Shown here: in pieces, positions 12,453 through 26,805 of the stretch
How positions within the stretch are numbered: position 1 is the first letter of the stretch
Layout: every line of letters begins with the position of its first letter
DNA from: Eukaryota sp. GEM-RC1
Taxonomy: Eukaryota
Length of the DNA: 64,000 nucleotides
Direction of reading: 5' to 3'
Assembly (NCBI GenBank): GCA_040285855.1
Contig: JAUFOQ010000017.1
Coordinates: 1,054,001-1,118,000, forward strand
Translations under genes and position numbers: made by a program
Notes under the pieces: generated by a model
Told to the model about the DNA's origin: nothing
Database searches by the model: none
What the model saw: the letters and a program-made list of their open reading frames with translations, nothing else

Positions 12453-12835
12453 ATGACTGAATCACTCTCTGAAGACCAAATCAACGAATTCAAAGAAACA
12501 TTCGACCTCTTTGCCTCAGATGATGGTTGTATTATTGCCAGTGAATTGGGAAGTGTGATGCGCGCTCTAGGTTAGTTCTTTCTGCGTTTCTCACTTCAGG
12601 GCAAGATCCTTCTGAGACTGAACTAGCTGAATTCATCAACGAAATCGATGCTGATGGAAACGGAATTGATTTCCCTAAGTTTCTGACTGTTATCGTCCGA
12701 AACATGGACGATGTTGACACTGATGAAGAAATTAGAGACACTTTCCGTGCCTTGATCGAAGATGGCAATGATATCCTGACTGCGGCTGAAATCAAGCAAA
12801 CCTTGGATGTACTCGGAATATCTTCAGATCTGTAA
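12453..12835 (+). CDS. Calmodulin-like EF-hand protein with one 29-nt intron (12571-12599)
   Basis: Not in the ORF track. The spliced translation is [20 protein letters not shown]...[31 protein letters not shown]...[10 protein letters not shown]; removing the GTTAG...TTCAG intron restores the frame. Confidence 0.9.
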
Positions 12836-13089
12836 ATATTATACTGTAACATTATTATCTATTGTACAACAAGAAACCAAGTTTTATAACCAATTGGTCA
12901 GAATTTCCAAGTGAACAATTTTTTTGAAGAATTAGAACCAAATACAGGATTAACAACAGGACTAATGTGATCAATTTAGATTTTTGAACTGCTGTCAGTA
13001 TTCACAAAGCTTTGACGACCAACTAGTATACATAATTAAACAATCAATCATCACGTTAAGACAAGTATGTACATGTTACTCCCATCAAC

Positions 13090-14040
13090 TCATTCCACTA
13101 ACACACTAATAGAATCAACACCAACATATCTTATAGACGATTCACCACCACTTCCTCCTATATCCCCAGTCTTCCTCGTTTTAGAGTTCCTGGTAAAACT
13201 GATATCAGACCCAGCCATTGTGATCTCCTGTTTACTGTCAACTTGCACATCGAAGGAGCCATGGTAATAAGGGGAGATATTCAGAATATTCTCCTTTCCA
13301 GAAGGTATCTCAGTAATCATACTAACGTGACCGCCCTTGAGCCCTTGTAGATTGAGGAGTGATCTGTAAGATATTAGAGTTAAAGAGGAGTTGATATCGA
13401 AAGGAGTTATATGGTCTAGCTCAATCGAAGAGTCATACATGGTGATTTTACAAGTATCGAAATGAAAGTCAGAACCAGTCAAAGCCATTTTCCTTGTAGT
13501 TATAGAACAATTGTGGATTGTGGCCAATCCGAAATATATAGTTCCTTGTCCAGAAAGTTGATAGCCCATATCAAGCGATAAAGCAGAGATGTAAGTAAAA
13601 GACGGGAGGTAAACGAAGACATCGACGTTCTTACAGTAGAATATGTCATCAAAGAAAGAAGCTGGGTGATCGATAGTTAGAGTATCGTTTTCAAGGGTTA
13701 CTGTCGGTCTGAATGACATTCTGTTAAATTGTTTTGCAAGTTTAATGTGTAGATAGTGATCTGGTGATACCAATATGTGAAGAGTGCCGGAGAAGAGAGT
13801 GACATTGAGAGAAAGAGCAACGGGACTAGTGAACATGACGACTTGAGAATCAGAAAGCAGGGTGCCAGAACAAGCATCAGAGATGTGTCTGATATAGATG
13901 AAGCCAATCAGAACAAGAATAAGAGTACAAAAGATGCAAGAATATAAGAATAGACATAAAAGTCCTTGTTTATTAGGTGCAGTTCGAGCAGCTCTGACCT
14001 GAAGAAGTGCTTCTGTAAGAGAATCGGGGTAACAATTCAT
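13090..14040 (-). CDS. Type II single-pass membrane protein with beta-rich (adhesin/DUF4097-like) ectodomain
   Basis: 316-aa intact ORF with an N-terminal hydrophobic helix followed by short beta-strand repeats. Confidence 0.55.
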   Translation of the reverse strand: MNCYPDSLTEALLQVRAARTAPNKQGLLCLFLYSCIFCTLILVLIGFIYIRHISDACSGTLLSDSQVVMFTSPVALSLNVTLFSGTLHILVSPDHYLHIKLAKQFNRMSFRPTVTLENDTLTIDHPASFFDDIFYCKNVDVFVYLPSFTYISALSLDMGYQLSGQGTIYFGLATIHNCSITTRKMALTGSDFHFDTCKITMYDSSIELDHITPFDINSSLTLISYRSLLNLQGLKGGHVSMITEIPSGKENILNISPYYHGSFDVQVDSKQEITMAGSDISFTRNSKTRKTGDIGGSGGESSIRYVGVDSISVLVE

Positions 14041-14158
14041 TGAAGAAATGAGTTGAATGATTCAACTTGAATCGATATACTGTACAATCTAGCTACTATT
14101 ACATGTAGTAGTAGCTAATCCAGTTTGTTTGTTGCTTAATATCCCAATCCAACTGATC

Positions 14159-16092
14159 ATGGACCAATCTTTGTTGTTTTTGATCAATCTTCACCTACTC
14201 AAACGTCGTATGAAATCTGCTCTTGTTGTGGATCACATTGTGCCTCGTAGGCCATTTCGTCATTTGAAGAGACAACTTCCCGTTTTCTTTAACAAAATTG
14301 CTCTCGTTAGTGAACGTTTTCTTGCATGTACTTCACGTGCACTTAAGATGTTCTTTGAAACCAACACTTTCCCCATTGTCTCTGAAGACCTCCAGCAACT
14401 TTTCTTAATTAGTGCTCTTTTTGATGCCGATATACAATATGTTTTCTTGCATGTGGACACCCCCTTTAGAACTGGTTCTTTTCATAAGTATTCCCACGTG
14501 ATCACTGGACTTTTTACCACCTTGGATTGTCGTACAGATTTAGACTTTTTTTCTGATCGGTCTTCTGAAACCTTCTTTCCACGTCTGAGATGTATTGATG
14601 TCCGTGTGGAGTCATCTGTTTTCTTTAAGCTGTCCAAAATGTTGAGAGTTAACTATACAATTTCCCGGCTCCACCTAGGTACTAACTTTCTTGGTCCTAA
14701 AGGTATTGTGGAATTAAGCGAAACATTTAGACTCAATTCCTCCATCACTGTTATTGATGTTCGAAGTACCTCGTGTAGAGCTGAAGGTGCAGTAACATTG
14801 GCAGCAGCTTTGAAACGAAATACCTCAGTAACGGAGATTAATTTAGGGCATAACTCAATTGGTGATGAAGGTGCCAGAGCTTTTGGTGAAGCTTTGAAAT
14901 GGAATACTTCAATATCTGTCATTAATCTTCGGTACAATTCTATTGGTCCTCAAGGAGCCATTTCATTGTTTGAAGCATTGAAACTGAACTCTACAGTTAT
15001 CAAGATTGATCTGGGTACTAACTCAATAGGAGTTGAAGGTACTGCAGCCTTGGCAGATGCTTTGAAAAGTAGTTCCAAAGTTGAGGTCATTAATTTGGAG
15101 AACAATGCTCTTTGTGGTGAATGTGCAATGTTGCTTGCTGAATCGTTAAAGATTAATGTTTCAGTTACTGATATTAATTTGCGCGGTAATTCCATTCGTG
15201 TTGAGGGTGCTATAGCATTGGCAGGAGCATTGAAACTTAATTCAAGAGTTGCTAGAATTGACTTAGAGAACAATACTATCGGTGTCGAAGGCGCTACTGC
15301 TTTTGCTGAAGCGTTGAAAGTCAATTCTACAGTTACTGAAATTAATTTCAAGTCTAATTCTATAGGAGTTGAAGGTGCTGTAGCAATTGCTGAAACTCTG
15401 AAAATTAATTCAACTGTTACTAGACTTGACCTGGATTACAACAATATCGGTGTTGAAGGTGCCGTTGCGATGTTTGAAGCGTTGAAAGTCAATAATTCAG
15501 TTACTGAAATAAACCTTAGGTCTAACTCTGTTGGTACCGAAGGTGCCATTGCATTGGCTGAAGCCTTGAAAGTCAATCAGTCTGTAACTAAACTTCCCTT
15601 ATGGGGTAATAGTGTTGATACTGAAGGTGCCGTTGCATTGGCTGAAGCTTTGAAGACCAATTCTACACTAACTGTTATCAATTTAGGTTTTAACTCTATT
15701 GGTGCAGAAGGTGCTATAGCTTTGGCTAAAATTTTGGTAGAAAATTCCTCAATTGTTGAAGTTCATTTGGGTTTAAATTCGATTGGTGTTAAGGTGCCAG
15801 AGCATTAACAAATGCTCTAACAGTGAGTTCCTCAGTTACTATACTCGATCTAGTATGTAACTCCATCAAAGACACGGGAGCCGTTGCACTGGCCAAAGCT
15901 TTGTTGGTTAATTCTTCGGTTTCTGAGATGAATCTTGGTGGTAACTCTATTTCTGGTACCGGGGCTATGGCTTTAGCAGATTCATTGAAAGGAAATCCTG
16001 CAGTAACTCATATTCATCTAGGAATTCCTTTTGAAAAGTTTCCTAACAAGGAAATCATTGAGAGAATATCAGAAGGACGTATTGGGTGTTGA
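14159..16092 (+). CDS. Ribonuclease-inhibitor-type (NLRC3-like) leucine-rich repeat protein
   Basis: About 16 28-aa repeats LKxNSTVTxINLxxNSIGxEGAxALAEA; one frameshift near 15790. Confidence 0.9.
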
Positions 16093-16529
16093 TTAGTAAG
16101 GTCAATACAAGGGATGTCAAATGAGATGTATGATTTCGATGAGAGTCAGATTAAGATGACGTCATCTGTTGTTTACGGTCAACGTCATCAACTGTTTCAT
16201 CTCAACCTAGTAGGAATGTTGACGTGATCAGTGTGTTTCTGATATATGATTCACACTGACTGAGTAGCCAGATGACTGTGGTAGATGCAAAATTAGATTT
16301 TATATATAAGAGAAACACAACAGGATCACTCATTAAAAGGAAGGAAATTAATTAATTTCAATATGTTAAAGTAGGTAATCTTCTCATGAAATATCAGACT
16401 TTCAACTGACCCGATGGGTGCCTTGTTCTTACAGTGTTTGGTTATAATTTATTGAATAAACTTGTATATGATGTGTCAAAAAGAAACATCCTATTTCGTG
16501 GTTTACAAGGTAAATACAGTACTACTCAT

Positions 16530-17093
16530 CAGGCTTGTCAGTTGATAAAAAACGTTTAAAACGTATTTTGAAAAAAACGACGTTTTTTATTATCGTCAAA
16601 GTTTTTTATATTCTGGAGTGACACAAAAGAACGACTTTCTACTCCACTTTTGTCTTATTATGTCATGTGTTCTTTCAGGTGAGTTGTTTCTGACCAAGCA
16701 AGACAGAAACAAGGCAAGGGCATTTGTTGGTGTCACTATTACTGGTACAGTATATACTCTTTGGTTATGTATCTGAGTGAAACCACCTTCAGGTACACTC
16801 GAACAGTGTTCTTGTTGCACATATCTGGTTATCTTCCCGTCCTGACCACGTCATCATCGGCAGATGAGCACTATACTTCATCTCCATGGTGCTCTTCTTC
16901 CAATCTCAAAAGAACATAGCTGCAATGACCGAACTATGAAAGATTTGGTTGATGAAAATGAAGTGAGAAAACAGTGAAAAGTTGAAAAAGTTGACCTGCC
17001 CTTTTTGAACGTTTTTTACTAAATTCGAAAAAAACGTAAAAAACGATAAAAAACGTCGTTTTTTATTTTTGAGCAACGTTTTTTACAAGCCTG
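16530..17093. mobile_element. hAT-type MITE, family A
   Basis: TIR CAGGCTTG/CAAGCCTG; 8-bp TSD CTACTCAT (16522-16529, 17094-17101); AAAAACG subterminal repeats; inverted homolog at 34296-34827. Confidence 0.9.
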
Positions 17094-17100
17094 CTACTCA

Positions 17101-17560
17101 TAGTACACAAAACACCGGGCGTGTTTGAACACGGTGTTGAGTGTGAACGTGTTCTGAACGTGTTGTAAATTTCGTAAGGGTGGATGCGGTGTTTTTCGTT
17201 GTCGATTTTTTCGAGCTATTGAATGAAAATGGTCGCAAATATACGAAATCTTTGCTGCATAAAAGCTCGTGAGTACAAATAGGAACTCTCTGGATTCGGA
17301 GTTGATAGACTTTTGACTTATACTTCTCATGCACCTGAAATAATCGTGGCCATTAGTGATACGATGGTAAAGGCTGTGTTACACGAGTTCACATAGAATG
17401 GATGTATTCGATCACTGAAGGTCATACATTTTTAAAGAGATAATTGTATGAAGAGTTTTTGTGGTTGTGTGGCGGTGTTGTAGCGGTGTTCAACACGGTG
17501 TTGAGTGTGAACGTGTTCTGAACGTGTTGTCACTGGAAGAACACGTGTTTTAGTGTACTA
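17101..17560. mobile_element. TIR MITE, family B
   Basis: TIR TAGTACACAAAACAC / GTGTTTTAGTGTACTA; CGTGTT repeats; homolog at 33998-34883. No clear TSD. Confidence 0.75.
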
Positions 17561-18166
17561 TGGTACTACTACTTATTGAGTATGCAAATACAGTTATTTT
17601 TGATGTTTTGAAATGGTTACTTGTCACAAGAGCATGAATTTGTAAGGTAGATATCAATCGATACTTAATATAAAACACTCAGTGTGCTTATCTAAATTAA
17701 ACATTTTTGTGCGTGATGTTTTGACTCACTGTGAGGGTCGTTGTGTTGTTACTAAAAAATGGCAAAACTTATAATTACTCACTTTGTTTTTGCTGTCAAT
17801 ATTACATTTTCTTAATCACAATCATATTAACAATTCCTGCTGTGATCTCAGAAGCTGTTTTAGCGTTCTGTTGTTTCTAATGCTTCATGTTCAATTATCA
17901 ACCCAATGGAAGAAAACTCACAGTGATGTAAGGGATTTAGTTGGAAACAAATAACTAACCAATGGACAGTAGCTGAGACAATAACTTCAGAAGGCAACAA
18001 CAATGAATGTTAACTGTAAAGAAACATAACTAGTTGAACAATAGTTGCCGATATGAACACCACAAGACTTCACATTCTTAGCTAGCAATAGGTACATGCC
18101 AGTATTGTTGATGATCAACATTAGACAACCAGTTGAAATTCTCCCTCCCCAATTTAGCATCTGTAC

Positions 18167-21100
18167 ATGATACTATTAAACCCTGATGCCTTTGTTTCTA
18201 ACAAAACGGTGATCACGGAATCTAACGCTGCTCTGTATATACCTCATTTCAACCAATTGTCCAATGATCTTTCATCAAACTCTTTAAACACTCTCCACCA
18301 CTTCTATCTTGATTCGTTCACATTTACTGAGTTTTTCGGGGATAACTCTGCCCAATCTGAATCTGATGGTTTTACATGTTCCAATCCAGGTTTCTTTGCT
18401 TCCTACCTAAAAAACACTGCTTTCGATCCTTTATCCCACCACTACTTCATTTTCTACGGCTTTTTGTCCACATCTGCTTTCGCTCGGCTTTCCTCTTGTC
18501 TCTCTTCCAACTTCTATCTTATGCCTGGAACGGCTTCCCGAATCTTCCTTCCCTCTTCTTCTTACTTTCTGCTAAATGTTCCTGATCACTTAACGCTTCC
18601 TGTTCCACTTGAGTCTTGTTCTTTGATTCCTTTACCAAAGTCTTCCTGTGAAAGCTTGTTGTCTGAAGTGTTTAAGAACAATCCGAGATGTTCTACAATT
18701 TTGAATTTTTTCAATAGCGTAGTAGCTTTCGCGTCTGACTGTAATAATTCCGCTCTTAAAAGTGCTGCTTCAAATTTTGGTACATTATTCAATTTTTCGA
18801 GTACTTTGGCTGATTTAAAGGAGGTTGATGTTGTTCTTTGGTGTTTGATCGCACTAATAGCTCCTTTTAGCACTTTGGAAAGAGCTAATATTTTAATTTT
18901 TTTTGAAACCACGCCTTTCTTTAATGAATCTGTTGCTGATGAATTTTCAAAAATTGTAGATTTTGACGATTTTCTAATTGAAAAATGTATCACGTCAAGA
19001 TTACCGCTTTGTATCATCGGATCGTCATTTTTTAAAATATCTAAAATCAGCAAGAGTTTTCCTAATTATTCAATTCTTACATGTGATTGTAAAAACTTTT
19101 CAGATTTAAAATCTTTAAGAGACCACGTCTCAAGAATTTTAAATACAATTAGTTTAAGTGATAATTCAAAAAATCCCGTAGTATTGGTGTTTCAAAATAC
19201 TCCCCCAAATTATGTAAATTTCATTCATTATTTATCAAAATTTCAATTACTTTATGACCCTCTTTCTTCCACAATGAAAACTTTACCGAAAAGCTTAATC
19301 TCTGTTGTTGTTTTTATGACAGATGCAATTTGTAGTGTGAACTCATCCGATGTGACTTCTACTGTTCAGCAATCATTTATGATTGTCGTCGATGAGGTGC
19401 AAATCGATGCAGATCAATTTCCACGTTCTTTGTCTAATCAACTGAATCAATTACTTGATCAGAGTAGTTTTACGGATTCCTTTGACAGTGATATTTTCAA
19501 TCTTTGTAAAATGTTTGTGTCAATTTATCAAGATGTTTTTTCACAGATCCCTACTCATCTTCAAAATCACTGGAATATTTTAAAATCCTTTGAAATGTTC
19601 GCCACTATGTTCGTTAAAGCGATTTCTCGTTTTATCGATCCAAGCACGTCATCAATTTTGACCCTTTTCAATCAGATTATGCAAGTAAACTTTTCCAGTA
19701 CTGTTACTCCCGAGATTTACACTCAAATCATTAAGACCTTGTCAACTCTTTCAAATGATGATTCTGATACAGTTATTGCTTTAGATTCGTCATCTTTAAT
19801 TACTCTTGATGTGACATCCTTTTCCAGCCAATGGAGTCGACACTTACCAGAAAGTTTTAAAAATGTGTTGAAGATTAGTTCTCTTACGAAGTGTATTTCC
19901 AAGAGTGTCAGTGATTTACAGTTAATCAGAGCCACATGTGATTGTAAACTTGTTGTTTGTGAAAACGTTGATTTGTCGTATTCTGATTTGATTTTTGAGT
20001 TTTCTGCGGCAATCTCCCCTGTCGATATTTTAGAATACGCGTCGACATCAAATTTAATTGAAACATTTAAAAAATGTGTGATTTCCTCTGTTCTTGACAA
20101 TCAATCTTTTTTGATTGTCGCAGAAGATGTATTTGATGAATCCAGATTTTCCAAATTCTCAAATTTTCTGCACGCTGTTTCAGTTTCTGATTTTTCTTCA
20201 CTGTTTTCCGTTAAAGATCTTTCATTCTTATTATCCTCTTCATTTAGCGCAATGGCTTCTGAATATGTTCTTTTAAATACCTTGGAAAAAGCCAATGTAT
20301 TTGTAGTTGTCAGATCTAATTGTTCAGATTTGAACGACTTACCTCAGTTTAAATTTTCAAGTTATTTAAAAAGTTTCAAATTTTCCGAGTGGAATCTGGT
20401 TGAAAATGTGGATGACGTTATTGATTCTATTTTTGAATCATCTCCTGATAATAGACAGTCAATCAAAGATTTCACCCATCCACTTGCAACTTTATTTCAG
20501 AATTACTCATCACAATTCATGGCGTTGTCAGATTTATTTAAAATTTTCGAATATTTTCAAGATTTACTCCGTATAAGAAGTGATAAACTAACACTGACCA
20601 CTAAATCTCTTGAGGCTGCAATTGATTCGTATACTGCTGCGAAGGAATCAGTACAGGTAATCGTTACTCGATTGACAACTTGCCAATCTGACCTTCAATC
20701 AAAAATCCAATCAAAAGAATCTCTTGAGGAGACTATTTCTGATATTGTATCCAACGTTAACGACAAGAAATCCAAAGTCAATGACGTTCAAGAGAAAACT
20801 GAAGAAAAAACTCAGAGAGCTCAAACTCTTCACTTGCAAATCGAATCAGCTCTATCTACAGTAACCTCTCAGTTGACGTCATCGATGTCCCAGGTCCAAT
20901 CACTTTCGATTGATGATTTGATGGAGCTACAAGCAATTCAAAAACCATCTCTTTTGATTGAATACACGGCAGAAGCTCTTTGTATGCTGTTAGGAGTTGA
21001 TGTTTCTTGGAATTATTTCAAGAAAATGATTGGAAAGGAAAATTTCAAAAATTTAATTTCGACTTACAACAAAAATACTCTCACTTCTTCTACTCGCAAA

Positions 21101-23345
21101 TCACTTCATAAATATTTGACCCGTCCTGATTTCAAGAGTGACGTGATTCAGAGACAATCACTTGCTGCTGGGGCAATTGCTTCTTTCGTTTGCAGTGTAA
21201 CTCTATTTTTTGATACAAAGAATCGAATCAACCTCTTCAAGAAGAGCTTGATGACGTTACTCGAGAGCTAGCGCTTTGTAATGATGAACTGGCAATATTG
21301 CAGACGGATTTGGAAGGTGTCGAACGTGATTTGAAGGGTAAACAGCAGGAATTAGAGTCAGTTAATGATGACGTTACTCGATTGCAAAAAGAGATCAAGG
21401 ACTGTATGTGGATGGAAAGAAGATTTTTCAAATATTCGATGTCACAAAAGTCGATTTTGCAGATTGGCAAAGTCAATTGGAATCATGTAAAAGTCATCAA
21501 TCAACTATGATTAATGATTGCTTAGTCATCGCTTGTTTCTTTGTTTTTGCACAATCTGAAATATTTGATCCATGTCAGTCTCTGGATGACATCATCAGTC
21601 AATATTTTAATAATCTATCTTTTTCATCCAACATTTTTGAATTTTTCAGTCCCAACTTTAACCAAATATCGATGGCTCTTTCCCAGAAATTTGATTTGTT
21701 TCCTTTATTAGATTCAATTTTTCCTCTTCTATCTTCAGTCACTGTTGTGTTCGATTCAAACTCAGTTTTCCCCAATATTTTAAATTTTCTGAATTTTAAC
21801 AGTCTTACTCCAAAATCTGTTTCCCTTAAAGAACTTTCTTCAGTTGATCCCGAATATACTGGTCTATTAATAATTAATCCAGATGATACCACTTCTATTG
21901 GAGATACTCTCAACTTAATAGAAATGAATGAAAATCTACAGTCTTCATCTTGTTTCATTGTTCTTCCAAATTCTATCACGGTGTCGACTCGTCGTCTGTT
22001 AGCAACTCGACAAGTAAATATTTTAAATTTCGATAAGTTGTTGAAATTTAATTCGTGTGAATTGTTCTTTTCTGAAGTTAATCGGCAATTTTTCAATTCT
22101 TGTGGGGAATATCAAATGAGAGTGTTCGAAAGGAAAGAGTTATTTTTAAATTATTTACAATATTTTGCTGACACTTCTGTTCAAGCTTTCCAAACTAGTC
22201 CTGCATCAATACTTATGAACATTGAAAAACTTTCTACTGAATTATCATCTTCCAAAACCAAAATTGATGATCTTCGGCAAAAGTTATCCACTAGACACAC
22301 ACAAATCTATTCTGACAAAGTTCAATTTTTGAACAAAATTTTAAATTTATTCCATGAGCTGAAAACGACTCCTTTAAATTCGAGTTTAAATTCGAATACA
22401 TTCACCTCTACTTTAACCAGCATCATGGAACGTTATGATTCAGATGATTTTGACTCTATGACGTCAGATTTTGAGCGTACCTTGAGTTCTTTCATCAACG
22501 TGTTGAGCTCTACTAGTCTTGACGTCACGTCATTTATCAATCAAACGTTTAACACGTCGCCCTTTGGCTTTCTTTTAGTTGTAGATCATTTCTCCAATTT
22601 TTTAAATATTGTAGATGATTTTAAGGATTTTGCTGAACGTGATGGGTGCTTATTGACAGTCAAAATAATTGAAACTTTCGCTGATTTTGATGCTATTGAA
22701 CGGAAAACAGGTGATTGTTTGTTGTTATATTTGAGGACTTTTAGAGGTTTCTGTGAGACTTTTCAATCATGTCGTCACAAAAACGTGTACCTAGTTTGTA
22801 CACGTGATAGTTTTGAGCTAGAAGGTAGAACTTCCACTAATTTGTCAGTATTTCTTCGTCTCGATACCACCTCAATGTTCAATTTCTCTACAATTTTCAA
22901 ATCTCTAATTGGTAAAGTTTCAGATATTGTACCGCAAGCTCCTGATGAACATTTAGCGAAGTTGTATATTTCCATTACTGCTCTCTTCTGTCATTTAACT
23001 TTAAGTCCAAAGTTCAAACATTTATTCTGGAATTTCCCTCAATTTACAGTGTTCTTCAAGCACATTTTTAAAGTTTACGATAATTTTGGTTGTTTTCCTG
23101 ACCAGAATTTCTCCGAATTATTTTTATTATTTACATCTTTTTGTTGTCGTTATCTCAACTCTGATGATATCTCGATTGTTCAGTCAATATTTCAAAATTT
23201 CACAGGTTGTCATTTATTTGAACCTGATTTTCACTTTTTCAATGGTATTTACCCATCAAATTACAGCAACATTCTTCAATTCGCTCGATCTTTAAACAAG
23301 TTCCAAGAACCGTTGTGCTTATCTCCACTGCTAACTGACTCTTAA
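18167..23345 (+). CDS. Highly divergent dynein heavy chain-like protein (stalk/microtubule-binding domain retained; two frameshifts)
   Basis: Coiled coil, then ELQAIQKPSLLIEYTAEALCMLLG..SWNYFKKMIG...PDFKSDVIQRQSLAAGAIASFV, then a returning coiled coil with W..Q...MINDCLVIACF, matching the dynein stalk. No intact P-loops seen. Confidence 0.7.
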
Positions 23346-25720
23346 AATATTTAACGACATTTAAACACATTTATTTTTTGTACTATACTTGACACATAAA
23401 TCTATTTCAGTCTCGTGTAATTCTGACTATCAAAAATACTCAAAATTCTGTTCAAAACCAACTTCGTCTGCATGCTTTGCAAGTTATGTTTATTAACTTT
23501 TTAGAGATACGGTATTGTCAGATATAAACTCCGGTGGAAAACTAAAACTAATCCAGATGTTAGAGTATCTAAACAGCAAGCCATTAACTAAAAGATGACT
23601 TGAATCCGATCAAACAGTCTGTAATGAGTCAAAGCATGAACATTGGAATTTGAAAATATAAACCAAAATAGCGTTTGGGTTTTTGCCAATACTCCAGAAA
23701 AGTCATCTGTACGAACAGTGTAAAAAAAAGATCCAGTACTATCAATTTTCAGAAATGTGCCAAATTGGAGTATTTAACTCATCTTCAAGATCTTGACAAC
23801 CCATACATCTTGATTTAGAGATTCCCCTTTCAAAACCTTCACGAAGTAAAGAGGTCTTCAATACCCTTTAGTTATAGGAGGAGTAGTACTAAGTAAGTCT
23901 TACCCTATGTTGCTTTTCTTGGAGAAAGAATGGAGGCAGTTCATGAAGATATCACACGAATAATCATACGTGCCATCAGCCATCAAGTATGCGGCAGAAG
24001 CGTGTTCGCACGTGTTTTTGGAAACATTCAGACTACGAAGAAAGCAGAGTTGTGGCCGAAAGATACGTTTGGCCTAGAGTATTGCCGATGAAGCTTGATA
24101 GAGATGAATTCTTTGATTGTTGGAAAGGGATTGGAGTTCAGTAGAACCAAAGGACTTTGATTTTGGGTGCACAGGGCTTATCCGTTTAGGCTTTAGTTTC
24201 TCCGTTCGAAATTGGTAAACTTTAGGCACATGACTCCAGTCGGAATCAATGAAAACCGTGATTCAGAAGAAGAATTGTTGCTTTGAAAAACTGGATGATT
24301 TGCCACAGGTCAGGGTAGGATAGAATAGGATGAAGTTTATCATGACAAAAGAAGACATGATACACCAACAGAGTTGTGGATCGATTTTTCATCTCTTCAA
24401 TTTCTACTTTGATCTTCAAGACGGAAACGACACCCTCGTTACGCTTCTGTACGGAACCTCTTGCTTCGCTTTAACGCTTTGAATGTGACATTGCCACCAC
24501 ATCTTGAACTGGAAAGGAAGAAGAAGATCCTCAGATCTACTCCCATAACTAACGGGGATCGAAGAGGTCTGTGTTTGCTAGCTGTTTCTTCCTTAAGAAG
24601 CTCTTCATCTTCTCTCTTGCTTCGTGCTCGATTTCCCACCCTTGCTCTTCGCTTCGTGATGCTTGTCCTCTCTTCGCATGTTAGTAGCCATATGTAGGTC
24701 TCTTTCCCTGGTATTTCCCACTCTACTGACCTCCTTTAACAATCAAGTGACTAGTTCTACTCACCTAATCTGATCTCTTCTAGCAATCACGCCAAATCAG
24801 TATTGATTGAGAATTGCGTGTTTGTTCAAGAAGTTGATTATTGTTTGATTCTGCGCCATTATTTCTAACACGTGTCAACACGCGTGTTACGTATTGGCGT
24901 AATTTTGCTGGAAGATCATTTTCCCTCCTTATAGCATTGTTTAGGTATTTTCAATGAGTATGTCAATTCTAGCCTTTATATAGATCTTTACGGGATATCG
25001 TAATTAATCTCTGAATGTTGATTATTTAAAAAACAATGGTTGTCCAACGCTCCACAATTTCATTTTAAGAATTTGGTAAATCTTTCTTTTACTGCATGAA
25101 ATGTTTCAATTTCGTGAAGACTTTTGTATTTTGTTTTTTTGTTAACATCTTTTTTGAAAGATTGTTTTTTAAAATATCTGTCATTTAGTGATTCTATTCA
25201 GTAGAAGAAGTAATTTTTGCTACTCAGAATCTCAGCGAATGTTTTAAGAATTGATTGATTCTTTCGTGCTTTTCCAACCCACCAGTGCACCCACTAGTGT
25301 CTGTCTAAAAGCCTCAGGACCAAGCCTTGAAAGTATCGTTACATTTGAAGCTGAATCACTTGTAATGAAAACTTTTTGTAACTCAAATACAGTCAACAAC
25401 TGTTTCACCTTGTTCATTTTTTCATCAACAGTCCATCTAGATGGACGAAACTGAAAGTTTTTTGTTGTATCGACGTCGATGGGATGAGCACTTTCAACAT
25501 CAACAGGGATCTCAACTTATACTTGTTGAGTCGACTGACTACGTGAAGCACGTAGTTCAAGACATCGTTTTTCAAAAAATTGATTAATTTCTTTTGGACC
25601 ACAATCACGAACAATTAATTTAATTTTACACCAGAAATGCTCATCGCAGATAATGTCGAGAGTATTAAAAGTGTTCCATCATTTTTCAAAACAATGAAAG
25701 AATTCAAATCATTGGAAAAA

Positions 25721-26805
25721 TCAATTTAAATCATCACATAAACAATCAATTATAAATTGAACTTGCTTATGTGGTAGTTTCAATCCTAAACCAATACAGA
25801 ACAGAAATCCCGTGATGTACATTATTGTGTCATAACGTTGTACATACACTGTATCTATAATTCTGTCTTCGTGGTGACTCGAACAGAAATTCATTACATG
25901 TGTATCAAGAAACTGCCTTTCATACAAATCTAGCTTTCGGTTGGTAAATGTACCAACAATTAATATCAAATTATTATAACATCTTAATTTTTTGAACTGT
26001 TCTCCACTTTCGATTAATGAGTCATTTAAATCTAACAATGATGAAAGAGAATTCCATTCTAAGTCTGTTTTGTCAGTTTCTTTAACTGAAATAACAGACA
26101 ATATACAATTCGATACACAAATGAAAGAATTTAATGTACCAACCATTTCAATAACATTAGGGTCACTGCGATTTGTCAACGATTTCATAAATCTATAATA
26201 CATCAGCAAATATCATTGGCAATGCTTTTCGACCAATTTTTCCAGATGGCTTCTTGAAATGCAGTAAAAATTTGAGACCTTTAGAAGCTACCAGTACAAC
26301 ATTTCCACTCAATTGGCCATGAAGAGCAAACATTGTTAATGGATCAGCAAAGGGTTTGCAAAAGTCTCTAACTCTTGCCGAGTTACGTGTAAACATTTTG
26401 AGGTCTTTATCATTGTTGTAGAAAACATAATGTCTGGCAGCTTTCAACACGACAGGAGTGGGATCCAACTCCGTACGTGATTTAGCACATTTGACTTCCT
26501 TGAAATTCTCCTTATCAATACGAGTGTATTGAGTCAAATTACTACAAGAACTTGACATAATGTCAAAAGTTAATTTAATAGAATTTCTTGGTATAGTCAA
26601 ATGTACGATATGCCCCCATTGTAACAATAGGTTCAGTTGTATTCTCTGAATGCACCATAACAACAGTGCTTTCGGTTTCACCTGGAGCTAGATCTGAAGT
26701 AATTTTAACTTTTGAACATATTGTCTCTGAACGAGTACTGTCATCACCACTGTCATTAACTTTTAGAGATTTGGAAGATTTGACAATATTTTGTTCATCA
26801 AACAA
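25721..26805 (-). other. Fragmented ORF(s) of unknown function
   Basis: Overlapping co-oriented ORFs of 76, 162 and 162 aa suggest one frameshifted gene; no family recognised. Confidence 0.35.

Noticed and set aside
12532..12852. 106-aa minus-strand ORF, and similar antisense ORFs over the LRR, dynein-like and kinase genes
   Set aside because: Shadow ORFs of real genes on the opposite strand.
23880..24850. Possible degraded LTR retrotransposon gag/protease on the minus strand
   Set aside because: Only compositional hints; no motif could be read with confidence.
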